From contig JBBDRK010000010.1 of assembly GCA_040905465.1 (NCBI GenBank), positions 1 to 55,437 on the forward strand: DNA of 55,437 nt. Direction: 5' to 3'. This document shows positions 20,072 to 30,713 of this stretch, piece by piece (position 1 is the first letter of the stretch; every line of letters starts with the position of its first letter). The DNA comes from Trueperaceae bacterium (GTDB lineage Bacteria; Deinococcota; Deinococci; Deinococcales; Trueperaceae). The translations under genes were made by a program, and so were the position numbers. Below the pieces are notes generated by a model, which searched no databases, was not told where the DNA came from, and saw nothing but the letters and a program-made list of their open reading frames with translations.

Positions 20072-21865
20072 GTGAACGTGAGCAGTTCGAGAGCCGTAGT
20101 CACGAATCGGCACGTGCATGAGCCGACCGGCGAGTTCGACTATCCCCGTCCGCAGTTCCGCCGCAACGACTGGCTCTCGCTCGACGGCACCTGGGATTTC
20201 TCGCTGAGTGACGACCGCCACCCGCGGGCGGTGGAGTGGAACCTGTCGGTAGAGGTTCCGTTTCCCCCGGAGTCCCAGCTCTCCGGCCTGTCGCTCGAAC
20301 GCGAACTGCCGGTCGTCTGGTATCGCCGGCGTTTTTCGGTGCCCTCCGAATGGCAAGCCAAGCGAACCATCCTCCACTTCGGGGCGGTCGACTATCGCGC
20401 GGAAGTCTGGCTCAACGACCACTTGGCGGGGAGTCACGAAGGGGGTCATACGCCATTCGCTATCGACATTACCGACTTGATCGGCGAGGGCGAGCAGGTT
20501 CTGAGCGTACGGGTCGAAGATCCGCCGGCGGCGTTCGACCAACCACGGGGCAAGCAGGACTGGCTGGCTGACTCACACAGTATCTGGTATCCGCGTACGA
20601 CCGGCATCTGGCAGTGCGTCTGGCTCGAGCCCGTGGCGCCCAGCCATCTCACCTCCCTGCGGCTGACTGCAGACGCGTCGACTTTCGCCGTGCGCCTCGA
20701 ACTGGACGTTTCCGGAGCTTTCGCAGGACTCGAGCTCGAGATGGAGCTCAGCCTGGCCGGCAAGCGCCTGGCGCGCGACCGAATCGAGGTCGTCGACGCG
20801 AAAGTCGCTCGTGTGGTGCAGCTGCCCGATCCCGGCATCGACGACGCGCGGCGCGAGTACCTGTGGAGCCCGGAGCGGCCGACGCTTCTCGACCTGAGGC
20901 TGACGCTGCGAAGCGGAGACTCGGTCGTCGACCGAGTGGACAGTTATGTCGGGTTGCGCAGCGTCGAGGTCCGGGAGGGCCGCTTCTACCTGAACGGCCG
21001 TCCCTACTTCCAGCGCCTGGTGCTCGACCAGGGCTACTGGCCGGAGAGCCTGTTGGCGCCACCATCGGGCGAGGCGCTGAGGGCGGACGTCGAACTGGCA
21101 AAGCGAATGGGCTTCAACGGCGTTCGCAAGCACCAGAAGCTCGAGGACCCACGCTACTTGTACTGGGCGGACCGGCTCGGCCTGCTCGTGTGGAGCGAGC
21201 TCCCCAGCGCCTACAGCTTCGGCACGGCCGCGATCCGGCGCCTCACGGACACCTGGATGGAAGCGATCGAGCGGGACTACAACCACCCCTGCATAGTCGC
21301 CTGGGTGCCGTTCAACGAGTCCTGGGGCGTGCCCGAGCTGCCCCGGTCTGCCCCCCAGCGCAACCTGGTGGCAGCGCTCTTCCGTCTCACCAAGGCGCTC
21401 GATCCCAGCCGGGTGGTGATAGACAACGACGGTTGGGAGCACGGTACCAGCGATCTCTTCACCGTTCACGACTATAGCCGCAGCCCCGCGGTCCTCCAAC
21501 AGCGGTACGGCGACGCAGAAGCATGGGCGAGAGTCGGGCGCCGCGCGCGGCCCGGCGGCCGGGCATTGCAGTTGGACGACCACGAGTTACCCGAGTCCGT
21601 GCTGGTGTCCGAGTTCGGGGGGATCCGTTTCGGCGGGGAGCAGGGCGGATGGGGTTACAGCGAGGCAGACAGTGCCCAGTCGTTGCTGGAGCAACTCTCC
21701 GGCTTGGTCAGGGCACTGCGCACCAGCGACATCGTCATCGGCTTCTGCTACACGCAGTTCGCCGACACTTTTCAGGAACAGAACGGACTTCTCACCGCGG
21801 ACCGTCGCCCCAAGGTTCCGCTCGATGAACTCGCCGAGACCGTCGGGAAGGGAGGCGCAATCTGA
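20072..21865 (+). CDS. Glycoside hydrolase family 2
   Basis: YPRPQ, LHFGAVDY, HEGGHTPF, GIWQ.VWLE, LDQGYWP, GFNGVRKHQK, WVPFNESWG, SEFGG and GFCYTQ motifs. The start is uncertain. Confidence 0.92.
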   Translation: MNVSSSRAVVTNRHVHEPTGEFDYPRPQFRRNDWLSLDGTWDFSLSDDRHPRAVEWNLSVEVPFPPESQLSGLSLERELPVVWYRRRFSVPSEWQAKRTILHFGAVDYRAEVWLNDHLAGSHEGGHTPFAIDITDLIGEGEQVLSVRVEDPPAAFDQPRGKQDWLADSHSIWYPRTTGIWQCVWLEPVAPSHLTSLRLTADASTFAVRLELDVSGAFAGLELEMELSLAGKRLARDRIEVVDAKVARVVQLPDPGIDDARREYLWSPERPTLLDLRLTLRSGDSVVDRVDSYVGLRSVEVREGRFYLNGRPYFQRLVLDQGYWPESLLAPPSGEALRADVELAKRMGFNGVRKHQKLEDPRYLYWADRLGLLVWSELPSAYSFGTAAIRRLTDTWMEAIERDYNHPCIVAWVPFNESWGVPELPRSAPQRNLVAALFRLTKALDPSRVVIDNDGWEHGTSDLFTVHDYSRSPAVLQQRYGDAEAWARVGRRARPGGRALQLDDHELPESVLVSEFGGIRFGGEQGGWGYSEADSAQSLLEQLSGLVRALRTSDIVIGFCYTQFADTFQEQNGLLTADRRPKVPLDELAETVGKGGAI

Positions 21866-21926
21866 GCGACCCTCGATTCAATCCGTCCCCACCGCCCTTC
21901 GCCGTGTCCTTACCCTGGAGGTAACA

Positions 21927-23249
21927 ATGAACGAGCGTCACCGGTTTTTGCGCTTCCCTATCGCCCTGGCAACACTGCTGCTGGTTGCCGGCGTCACCCT
22001 GGCACAATCCGTAACCATCGACTATTGGCACGGCTTCACCGGACCCGACCTGCCGATCATGGAGGGCCTGGTGGCCGACTTCAACGCCGCCCATCCCGGC
22101 ATCGAGGTACAGGCGGAAGCGATCCCCTGGGGAAATCTGTTCCAGCAGATCGAGCCGTCGGTGGCAGCCGGTCGCGCTCCGGACGTAGTCGCCGTGAACG
22201 AGGACGTCATAACCGGCTTCATCCTGCGGGGAGCGCTCGAGCAGCTCACGCCCGAGATGCTCGCCGAGCACTCGATCGAGCCGGAGCGCTTCTTCCAGTC
22301 GCTGTGGAGCATCGGAATGGTGGACGACGCCGTGTACGGCGTGCCGGTCCACTCGGTAATGCTGGTCATGTACTACAACACGCAACTCTTCGAGGAGGCC
22401 GGACTCGACCCCAACGATCCACCGCAGGATCGCGAAAGCTTCCTGGAAGCGGCTCGGGCGCTCACCGTCGACACCTCCGGCCGGCATCCCGGCGACGCGG
22501 GCTTCGACCGGAACAACCTGGCGCGCTGGGCAGCCGGCGTGCCGACCCCCTGGATGGGTGGCACCATCGCCTACTCGGTGGCTGCCCAGAACGGCGTCAC
22601 CTTCGTGGGCCCGGCATCCGACGACTTCCCGGTCAACTTCAACTCGGACGAGGGTAAGGAAGCCGTCCAGTTCCTGGTCGACCTCGTTACCGAGCACTCG
22701 GTCTCCCCCGCCAACGCCACCGAGGAAAGCGAAATCGCTGCCTTCCGGCAGGGCAAGGCGGCCATCAACCTCAACGGGGTGTGGATGGTCAGTCAGTATC
22801 AGGAGGCCGGGCTCGACTTCGGCATCGCCCCCTTTCCCCACCTCGGTACCGGCGACTACCGGGTCTGGGGTGGAGCCTCCCACCTGGCCATGCCGGTACA
22901 GCGGCGCGGCGATCCGGAAGAGCAGGCCGCCGCCCTCACTTTCATCAGCTGGATGACGCAGGCACAGCAGAACCTCACCTGGACGGCAGCGGGCGGGCTG
23001 CCCACGCAAGCCGAGGTAGCCGACCACAGCGATTACCAGTCGAATCCGATGACCGCGGTCAAGGAGGCGCTGCCCAACAGCTACGTCCTCACCGGCTTTC
23101 CCTTCATCGCGCAACTTCGTGGCGCCTGGGACAGCGGCTTCGAAGCGGCGCTGCTGGGCGACAAGGACGTCGATCGCGCACTGGATGACGCGGCGGCCGA
23201 GGCGACGTCGAGCATCCGAGACGGGTTGCTCAGCTTGCCGGATCGCTGA
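21927..23249 (+). CDS. Sugar ABC substrate-binding protein
   Basis: GGAGG ribosome-binding site, signal peptide, WHGFTGPD, YGVP and YYN..LF..AGLD motifs. Confidence 0.93.
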   Translation: MNERHRFLRFPIALATLLLVAGVTLAQSVTIDYWHGFTGPDLPIMEGLVADFNAAHPGIEVQAEAIPWGNLFQQIEPSVAAGRAPDVVAVNEDVITGFILRGALEQLTPEMLAEHSIEPERFFQSLWSIGMVDDAVYGVPVHSVMLVMYYNTQLFEEAGLDPNDPPQDRESFLEAARALTVDTSGRHPGDAGFDRNNLARWAAGVPTPWMGGTIAYSVAAQNGVTFVGPASDDFPVNFNSDEGKEAVQFLVDLVTEHSVSPANATEESEIAAFRQGKAAINLNGVWMVSQYQEAGLDFGIAPFPHLGTGDYRVWGGASHLAMPVQRRGDPEEQAAALTFISWMTQAQQNLTWTAAGGLPTQAEVADHSDYQSNPMTAVKEALPNSYVLTGFPFIAQLRGAWDSGFEAALLGDKDVDRALDDAAAEATSSIRDGLLSLPDR

Positions 23250-23316
23250 ACCTGATCGCTCCAGGGGGTGGCTCCGGCCGCCCCCGATCACCTTCTCCAG
23301 CGAGAGGAGCAACCGC

Positions 23317-24252
23317 ATGATCAGTACCCGGGCTCGTCGTCCACCGTTGCTGCGTCTCGACGACAGCAACCCGCTGGTGCCATATCTGTATCTGCTGCCG
23401 CAAGCGCTCCTGTTCCTGGCGTTCGTGGTGTTCCCCATAGCTTTCGGAATCTACGTGAGCCTGCATCGCTGGAATATCCTGTCGGACCGGCAGACGTTCG
23501 TGGGGCTGGACTATTACACTGCGATCTTCACGGCCGGCACCCCGCAAGCGCAGTTCTTCTGGAAGACCATGCTGAACACCGGCTTTTTCGTCGCTGTCAG
23601 CGTGCCGCTGCTTATCGGCTGCGCGCTCGGATTGGCCCTGCTGCTGGAGAAGCCGATCGCTGGGCGCGGTTTCTTCCGCACCGTTTTCTTCCTGCCCACG
23701 ATCCTGGCCGTCTCGATCATGGGGCTGCTGTGGCGCTGGATGTTCGAGAACGGCAGCGGCCTCATCAACGTGGTGCTGGAGCGCATACCGTTCCTGAACA
23801 CGGTTCCGTTCCTCACCACGGTCGGCTGGGCCTGGGTTCCCATCATCGTCGGCACCGTGTGGTGGACGGTCGGCTTCAACATGGTGCTCTATTCCGCGGC
23901 GCTGGCCGGCATCCCGCGGGCCTATTACGATGCCGCCCAACTCGACGGCGCCGGCACGTTTGCGACCTTTCGTTTCGTGACCTGGCCGATGCTGGCACCA
24001 GTGACGCTGTTCGCGGCCATCACGACCACCATCGCTTCATTCCAGGTGTTCGGCCAACCCCACGTGATAACCAATGGCGGTCCGCTGCGATCTACCCAGA
24101 GCGTCATGATGTACATCACTGAAGAAGCCTTCACCAACTTTCGCTTCTCGTCGGCGGCCGCGATGTCGATGGTGTTCGGACTGGCACTGCTGGTTATCGC
24201 GGCCTTCCAGTTCCGGTTGATGCTTCAGGACACGGGTCGGGGGAACAGCTGA
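23317..24252 (+). CDS. Sugar ABC permease (MalF-like)
   Basis: FFRTVFFLP, WWTVGFNMVLY.AAL, YDAAQLDGA and SFQVFGQ motifs. Confidence 0.93.
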   Translation: MISTRARRPPLLRLDDSNPLVPYLYLLPQALLFLAFVVFPIAFGIYVSLHRWNILSDRQTFVGLDYYTAIFTAGTPQAQFFWKTMLNTGFFVAVSVPLLIGCALGLALLLEKPIAGRGFFRTVFFLPTILAVSIMGLLWRWMFENGSGLINVVLERIPFLNTVPFLTTVGWAWVPIIVGTVWWTVGFNMVLYSAALAGIPRAYYDAAQLDGAGTFATFRFVTWPMLAPVTLFAAITTTIASFQVFGQPHVITNGGPLRSTQSVMMYITEEAFTNFRFSSAAAMSMVFGLALLVIAAFQFRLMLQDTGRGNS

Positions 24253-25130
24253 TGGCCACGATCGCGGGTACCGGTCGTACCGGTGTAGCCGTCGGCAGCC
24301 GCCGTCGTCGTATGCCTCGCGGAATCATTCGCTTCGTCACCCTGTCGCTGCTGGCGATGATCTTTCTGGCGCCGATCTACTGGATGGCAACGACTTCCGT
24401 GAAGTCCGAATCGGACACTATCGCTCGCCCCGTTCAATGGATCCCGGAAGAGCCGACGTTGGAGAACTACCGGGCGATATTCGCTTCGCCCAACGCCACC
24501 TTCCTGCGCTGGACCTGGAACTCGCTGTTCACCAGCGTCGCGTTCAGCCTCCTGAGCGTCGCCTTGGGGGTGCTGACCGCATATCCGTTGGCGCGGATGA
24601 GGTTTCCCGGGCGCCAGACCTGGTTCTGGATCCTGCTGGGCAGCATGATGGTCCCCGGCATCATCTTCCTGATCCCCCACTACCTGATGATGATCCAGCT
24701 CAACTGGATCGACACCTACAACGCCCTGATCTGGCCGGGCGTGCCAGGGGCATTCGGGGTGTTCCTCATGCGCCAGTTCCTGGTGTCGGTACCGCTGGAG
24801 CTCGAGGAGGCGGCTCGGCTCGACGGCGCCAACAGCCTGCAGATCCTCGTGTACGTGCTCGTGCCATTCCTGATCGCGCCCATGGCGGCGCTGGGCCTGT
24901 TCAACTTCATGGCCGCCTGGAACAACTACGTCTGGCCGTTGTTCGTGGTTCACGGCGATATGCAGACGCTGCCGGTGGCAATCACCACCTTCTCCAGCCG
25001 CTACTGGACCACCTACGGCAAGCTGATGGCCGGCACCGCGATTGCCAGCATTCCGGTGCTCATCGCCTTCCTGGTGGCCCAGCCGTACTTCATCCGCGGT
25101 ATGTCGCTTACCGGTCTCAAGGATGAGTGA
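24252..25130 (+). CDS. Sugar ABC permease (MalG-like)
   Basis: FLMRQF, ELEEAARLDGA and WNNYVWP motifs. Confidence 0.93.
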   Translation: MATIAGTGRTGVAVGSRRRRMPRGIIRFVTLSLLAMIFLAPIYWMATTSVKSESDTIARPVQWIPEEPTLENYRAIFASPNATFLRWTWNSLFTSVAFSLLSVALGVLTAYPLARMRFPGRQTWFWILLGSMMVPGIIFLIPHYLMMIQLNWIDTYNALIWPGVPGAFGVFLMRQFLVSVPLELEEAARLDGANSLQILVYVLVPFLIAPMAALGLFNFMAAWNNYVWPLFVVHGDMQTLPVAITTFSSRYWTTYGKLMAGTAIASIPVLIAFLVAQPYFIRGMSLTGLKDE

Positions 25131-25157
25131 AACGGCCGGGCCTGGAGAAGATTCACG

Positions 25158-26336
25158 GTGACCGAGCTGCGTTGGATCGTCGGAATCGAGAACGCCTTCA
25201 TACCCGACATGGGAGTGGACGAGCTCACCTGGACCGAGCACCGGCAGCGGTGGCGCGAGGACCTGCTCTTGGCCCGGTCGGTGGGTGCCAGCGCCGTGCG
25301 TTACGGCATCACCTGGCCGGAGCTTGAGCCGCAGCCCGGCAGGTTCGAGTGGCAGTGGTGCGATCAGGTCGTCGACGAGTTGTCGCGGCTGGGCCTGGAA
25401 CCGATCTGGGACATGGTCCACTTCGGCGTGCCCGCCTGGCTCGAGGACGGTTTTCTGGACGAAGGCTTCGGTCCGGCGTTCGCCCGCTTCTGCGGCGCAT
25501 TCGCCCGCCGCTACCGCGGCACCGTCGACAAGCTGACCCCCCTGAACGAGCCCTACATCAGCACCTACTTCAGAGCCGGCTGGGGCATCTGGCCGCCCCA
25601 CCTTCGCGGCCGCGGAGGGTTCGTCAGGCTGCTGCACCCGATCGTGGAAGGAATCCGCAGCGGTGTGCGAGAGATACGAGCGGTCAACCCGGACGCCGAG
25701 ATCTGGCTCAACGATGGAGCAGACACCTTTCATGCCACCGCCCCAGAACTCACCGACGAGGCGGCCCAGCGGACCCGCGAGCGCTATGCGGCGTTCGATC
25801 TTCTGCTGGGGCTGGCCGTCCCGGGCCATGAAACCCACGAATGGCTCGTTCAGGCCGGTTATCCGCCCAGTGCGCTGGCAGAGGAGCCGGTCGCGATAGA
25901 TGTCGTCGGCCTCGACTACTATCCCGACACCGAACACGACCTCTACCTGGATGGCCAGGGGTGGCCGGCCATCCGCAAGGCCGAGCGACCGTTCGGTGTC
26001 CGCCGAACGCTGCTGGAATACGCAGAACGATACCGATTGCCGCTCTTCATTGCCGAGTCGAGCCACTCAGGCAGCGACGATGAGCGGCGCGACTGGATCG
26101 ACTACAACCTGAGCGAGATCGCAGCGGCCAGGCGCGACGGCGCCCAGGTCATCGGCTATACCTGGTGGCCGCTGTTCGATCACATCGACTGGAACACGCT
26201 GCTGCAGGAACGCAACGGCTACGTCTGTCCTGCCGGCCTGTTCCATCTGCGGCCAACCACTGCCGATCGCCAGGAGACTCCGGCGGCCGCCGTCTTTCGG
26301 GAACGCGCCGGAGCTGGCGCCAGTGAAGAGGTTTGA
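25158..26336 (+). CDS. GH1-like (clan GH-A) glycoside hydrolase
   Basis: RWREDL..., RYGITW, HFGVP.W, NEP acid/base, GLDYY, IAES nucleophile and GYTWWPLFD. Confidence 0.85.
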   Translation: MTELRWIVGIENAFIPDMGVDELTWTEHRQRWREDLLLARSVGASAVRYGITWPELEPQPGRFEWQWCDQVVDELSRLGLEPIWDMVHFGVPAWLEDGFLDEGFGPAFARFCGAFARRYRGTVDKLTPLNEPYISTYFRAGWGIWPPHLRGRGGFVRLLHPIVEGIRSGVREIRAVNPDAEIWLNDGADTFHATAPELTDEAAQRTRERYAAFDLLLGLAVPGHETHEWLVQAGYPPSALAEEPVAIDVVGLDYYPDTEHDLYLDGQGWPAIRKAERPFGVRRTLLEYAERYRLPLFIAESSHSGSDDERRDWIDYNLSEIAAARRDGAQVIGYTWWPLFDHIDWNTLLQERNGYVCPAGLFHLRPTTADRQETPAAAVFRERAGAGASEEV

Positions 26337-27385
26337 ACGTGCGCCGGACCAGATCTTTGCCGCCACTGCTTGCATCGCTCCTGACCGCACTTCTGGTGCT
26401 CGTACTCACGGGAACGGCCCTCACGCAAACCGGCACCTATCGCAATCCGATAGTCACGCCCACCGCGGCGGACCCATCGCTGCTCCGCGCCGAGGACGGC
26501 CGGTTCTACCTGGTGGCGACGCAGGACAGCTGGGACGGCCGAGTCGAGCACTTTCTACCGATCTTCGTGTCGGACGACCTCATCGACTGGGAGTTCGTCG
26601 GCGACGCGTTCGCACTTCCGCCCTCGTGGAAGGATGGCGGTGGCTTCCTGTGGGCCCCGGACCTCAGCTTCTTCGAGGGCCGCTACTACCTCTACTACGC
26701 CTACTCGCAGTGGGGCGACAGCAACCCCTGTATCGGCCTCGCGACCTCCGAGGAGCCCGCGGGTCCCTGGGAGGACCTTGGCAGGCCGGTTTTCTGCTCG
26801 CTCGATATCGGTGTCAGGAACTCGATCGACCCGTTCGTATGGTACGAGGGTGGGCAGCGCACCTTGATCTGGGGCAGCTTTCACGGCATCTACGCCGTCG
26901 AGTTGGACGAGCCGGGAAGCAGTCCCGCGGGTGAGCCTGTGCTGTTGGCTGACGGACGCTTCGAGGCACCGTACCTGATCGAGCGGGACGGCTTCTTCTA
27001 TCTGTTCCTTTCGTCGGGCTCCTGTTGTGAGGGCGCGACCAGCACCTACCTGACCTGGGTCGGTCGCTCCGATTCGCTGCTGGGCCCATACGTCGATGCG
27101 ATGGGTCGGGACCTCCGCTACGGTGGTGGTGAGGTGGTTCTCTTCCGCAACGACGACTGGGTCGGACCGGGCCACAACGCTGTGGTGCAAGACGAAGATG
27201 GCCGCGACTGGATCGTGTATCACGCAATCTCTCCCGGCGAACCGCTGCTACGCAACGGCGCCACCCGACGCCCTGCCCTGATCGATCCGATCGACTGGGA
27301 GGACGCCTGGCCGGTGGTCAACGACGGCGAGGGACCGAGCAGCACGGAAATGGAGGTGCCTGCAGTACGAAGGCCCGGCCGTTGA
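26333..27385 (+). CDS. Secreted GH43 glycoside hydrolase
   Basis: Signal peptide, ADPS, WAPD, SIDP, WGSFHG, FEAP, GSCC, GPGHN and YHA motifs. Confidence 0.92.
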   Translation: MNVRRTRSLPPLLASLLTALLVLVLTGTALTQTGTYRNPIVTPTAADPSLLRAEDGRFYLVATQDSWDGRVEHFLPIFVSDDLIDWEFVGDAFALPPSWKDGGGFLWAPDLSFFEGRYYLYYAYSQWGDSNPCIGLATSEEPAGPWEDLGRPVFCSLDIGVRNSIDPFVWYEGGQRTLIWGSFHGIYAVELDEPGSSPAGEPVLLADGRFEAPYLIERDGFFYLFLSSGSCCEGATSTYLTWVGRSDSLLGPYVDAMGRDLRYGGGEVVLFRNDDWVGPGHNAVVQDEDGRDWIVYHAISPGEPLLRNGATRRPALIDPIDWEDAWPVVNDGEGPSSTEMEVPAVRRPGR

Positions 27386-27462
27386 CGCCGACGGCACCGT
27401 CTCTACTGGCAGCGGCTCGACCGGCAGGGCGGCTCAGTCGCCGGGCGGCGGGCTTCCCCTCG

Positions 27463-28266
27463 TCATGCGCTCGCTCCCGCAACGATATGGGCCGCCACCG
27501 GGAATTCCACGGCGCCTGTCGAGGCCGTGAACCCCTTGAGAGCCTCGGCCGCGGCCTGCACCAGCGAATCTACTGCGGTCGAGTTCAGGTCGATGCCGGC
27601 TATGGGGAACCACCCCTTTACGTCGGCCAGAACCATCTCCCTCACGCTCGGGAAGCGGGCAAGGCCCTCACGGCCGGTAATCTCGACCTCTGCCATTCCG
27701 GCGCCGCTGAACAAGGCGTGGATCTCGGCCGAGTCCGCCATCGAAAACGGGTTTCGCAAGGCGTCGGCGACTTCGGCATTCACCTCGCGCTCGACAACGC
27801 TGGTCATCGCTGAATAGCCGGGCGCCTTATCGAGGGAGTCGAAGACGGCCACTGCAAATCGTCCCCCCGGAACCAGGACCCGCATCATCTCGTCGACCGC
27901 GCCTTGCTTGTCGGCGACGAACATCAATCCGAACTGGCTGACCACGGCGTCGAATGAGCCGTCGTCGAACGGGAGCGCTTCGGCCGACGACCGGCACCAT
28001 TCGATGGTCGGGGCGATAGCGGCAGCAACCGACAACATTCCCGGATTGGTGTCCAGGCCCACCACGGAGCCGCTGCTACCGACACGCTCGGCCACCGCAC
28101 GCGCCAGGACGCCCGTGCCGCAGGCTACGTCCAGCACCCGTTGGCCAGGGGCGATGCGGGCGGCATCGGCGACCGGTCCCGTCCACTGCTGGAAGAGCGC
28201 CGGCGCCAACATGTTCTCGTACGCCAGGGCGGCACGCTCGAGCTCTTCGAGGCTGAGATCGTTCAC
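27463..28266 (-). CDS. Class I SAM-dependent methyltransferase
   Basis: VLDVACGTG, AEALPF.DGSFD.VVSQFGLMF and EM.RVLVPGG motifs. Confidence 0.92.
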   Translation of the reverse strand: MNDLSLEELERAALAYENMLAPALFQQWTGPVADAARIAPGQRVLDVACGTGVLARAVAERVGSSGSVVGLDTNPGMLSVAAAIAPTIEWCRSSAEALPFDDGSFDAVVSQFGLMFVADKQGAVDEMMRVLVPGGRFAVAVFDSLDKAPGYSAMTSVVEREVNAEVADALRNPFSMADSAEIHALFSGAGMAEVEITGREGLARFPSVREMVLADVKGWFPIAGIDLNSTAVDSLVQAAAEALKGFTASTGAVEFPVAAHIVAGASA

Positions 28267-28505
28267 GATTCTGCTCCCTTCCCTCTCCTCGTCTTCGGAC
28301 GAGAGCTGCGACGGTGCGTGACGGGGGCGGCTGGTTCGAGCATAGGAGTCTGCCAGGAGCGAAGCATCGGGCAACTTGCCTATCTGGCCGCCGAGTAGGT
28401 GGCGACAGGCTTCCCGTCGTACTTTTCCGGTTCAAGCGGTAGCTATTGCCAGCGAGAGAGTCGATGCTCTTTCGAAACGCTATAGTCCTATAATTCTAGT
28501 TCGAC

Positions 28506-30172
28506 ATGGTGGCGAACCGAACCGAAGCGACCGGTCCAGACGAACATCGTTCCCGGTACTGGAGCGAATCCGAAGCGGGTTTCCGGGCGGAACTGGCAAA
28601 GCATGAGACCGCGGACGTCCTGCTGGGGTTGGGCGAGGCCCTCTGGTGGCTCGGGGAGACCGAGCGGAGCGTCGGCCTCTATCGGCGCGCATACGCCGCG
28701 TATCGGCGCGACGGCAGTGCCGATCGAGCGGCCTGGGCGGCGCTGTGGCTGGCCCTGACGTACGGTTCTGACTTCGGAAACGCCGCCGCCTTCCACGGTT
28801 GGCTGGCTCGTGCTTCGAGGTTGCTCGACGGGCCCGACCCCAGCCCCATGCACGGTTGGCTTTGGCTGGTACGTGCCTACGGTACGAGCGATCCCCCCCG
28901 TTCGCTACAACTCGCCGAGCGAACGCTCGATTACGCGCGCGACGCGGACGACTCCGACCTGGAGCTGTGCGCTCTCGCTCACCTCGGCAAGGTGATGGTG
29001 AGCTCGGCACGAGTGGAGTCAGGTCTCGCCCTCGTCGACGAAGCCATGGCCGGCACCTTCGGAGGAGAGCGAAGCCGGTTGGACACGGTGGTGTTCACGA
29101 GCTGCAGCATGATCGATGCCTGCGATCTCGCCGCAGATCTCGAACGCGCCAGCCAATGGTGCGCTGCGGTAGACGATTTCATGCTCGAGTACGGGTGTCC
29201 ATTCCTTCGCGCTCGATGCCGCGGCGGCTACGGTAGCGTCCTGGTCACCACCGGGCGTTGGGCAGAAGCGGAGCGTTAGCTCAGTGCAGCCGTTCATATC
29301 TCCCGAAACGCCTATACCCCGGTCCATGCTCGCGCGGTGGCGCGCTTGGCCGAACTTCGTCTCGATCAGGGCCGGCTTGAAGAAGCGGAGGCGCTGCTGG
29401 CCGGCACGGGCAATTCTCATGCGGGCGATTGCCGGCAGCGAGGCTCCGCCTGGCACGAGGGGACTATCCTGGTGCCATAGCGTTGCTCGAACGGCGAACT
29501 ACTGCCCTCGACGGCCAGCCCGTCGAGTTGGCCGCGATTCTCACCTGGCTGGTCCAGGCGAACCTGGCACACGGTGAACTCGGGCCGGCGCAAGACGCCA
29601 CGCAACGTCTGGAAGAGTTTGCGCGCCGGTACGGCCAAGTGCTGATCGAGGCGCGGGCGGCCTCTTCCCGCGCCCGGCTATCGACGGCCCGTGGGGAGCT
29701 GACCGTCGCTTCGAGACAGTTCGAAAGGGCGCTGACACTTTACGCCGGTCTGCCGTTGCCGGTGGAGGCGGCGCGAACTCGACTGGCATACGCCTATCAC
29801 CTTTCAGCTACGCAGCCGGAACCCGCGGTAGCCGAGGCTCAGGCAGCGCTGGCGGCGTTCGAACAGCTCGGCGCGGGCGACATCGACGTAGCGGCGGCGC
29901 TCTTGCGTTCCACGGGGGCGGTTGCAAGGATCGGCCCGAAGAAAGCCGGTGTGCTTACCAGACGTGAAATGGAGGTGTTCCGGCTGATAGGCTTCGGGCT
30001 CTCCAACCCGGAGATCGCCCAGCGCCTGTCGATCAGCAGGAAGACGGCCGCCCATCATGTGAGCAGCATCCTCGCCAAAATTGGGCTGCGCAACAGGGCC
30101 CAGGCGGCGGCACAGGCGGTCCGCAGCGAGGGAAAGCCGGCGGATTCGCGCGATTTCGAAACGTCGGCGTGA
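28506..30172 (+). pseudogene. TPR-LuxR transcriptional regulator with an internal stop and a frameshift
   Basis: In-frame TAG at 29277-79, after which the frame keeps reading homolog-like sequence (LAELRLDQGRLEEAEALL). A frameshift near 29420-29429 leads to the LuxR HTH (LTRREMEV...GLSNPEIA). Confidence 0.85.
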
Positions 30173-30221
30173 GTCTCATCGTCCTCGCGGTCATGCTCAT
30201 ATTTCCTCACCGCCAGCGGTC

Positions 30222-30587
30222 TCAGCGGTAGTCGTTCTCCTTGAGTTCGATCACCCAGGCACGGCGCTCGCAGATCTTCCCGTCGCGCATGCGGAACACC
30301 TCGGCCATCGACATGCGCATCACCTCTCCGGTGTCGCGCTTCACCGACCCGGTGAGCTCCGCCATGACCTCATCACCCTCCTCGACCATGCGTACGACCT
30401 CCAGTTGTGGCGGCGGAATGAAGCCCGGGCCCTCGATTGCCGCCTCGTACGCCTCTTTGCCGGTCAGGTGGAAGCCACCGAAGACGGTCCACTCGATGTC
30501 GTCGGTCAGGCAGTCCAGGATTTGCGCGTGGTCGTTCTTGCGAAAACCGTCCAGGTAAGTCTCGACGGTCTGCTTGTTCCGGGACAC
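30222..30587 (-). CDS. SnoaL/NTF2-like protein
   Basis: NKQTVETYLDGF...ILDCLTDDIEW...EEGDEV...EVFRMRDGKI. Confidence 0.88.
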   Translation of the reverse strand: MSRNKQTVETYLDGFRKNDHAQILDCLTDDIEWTVFGGFHLTGKEAYEAAIEGPGFIPPPQLEVVRMVEEGDEVMAELTGSVKRDTGEVMRMSMAEVFRMRDGKICERRAWVIELKENDYR

Positions 30588-30713
30588 GGTCTTTGCTCCC
30601 CTCTTACAGCTCGCGTTTCGCGGCCACACGGAGCCTAGCCAAAAGCGCCGGAAAACTGCAAGCGGTCGCTCCGTCAAGGTGTAGTGGGTCTTGCCTGTGA
30701 TTGCCGGCGCAGC

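Noticed and set aside
29277-29279. In-frame TAG in the LuxR gene as possible recoding or pyrrolysine
   Set aside because: The same gene has a frameshift about 145 nt later, TAG is a normal stop elsewhere in the window, and no pyl genes or suppressor tRNA are present. A GAG>TAG mutation is simpler.
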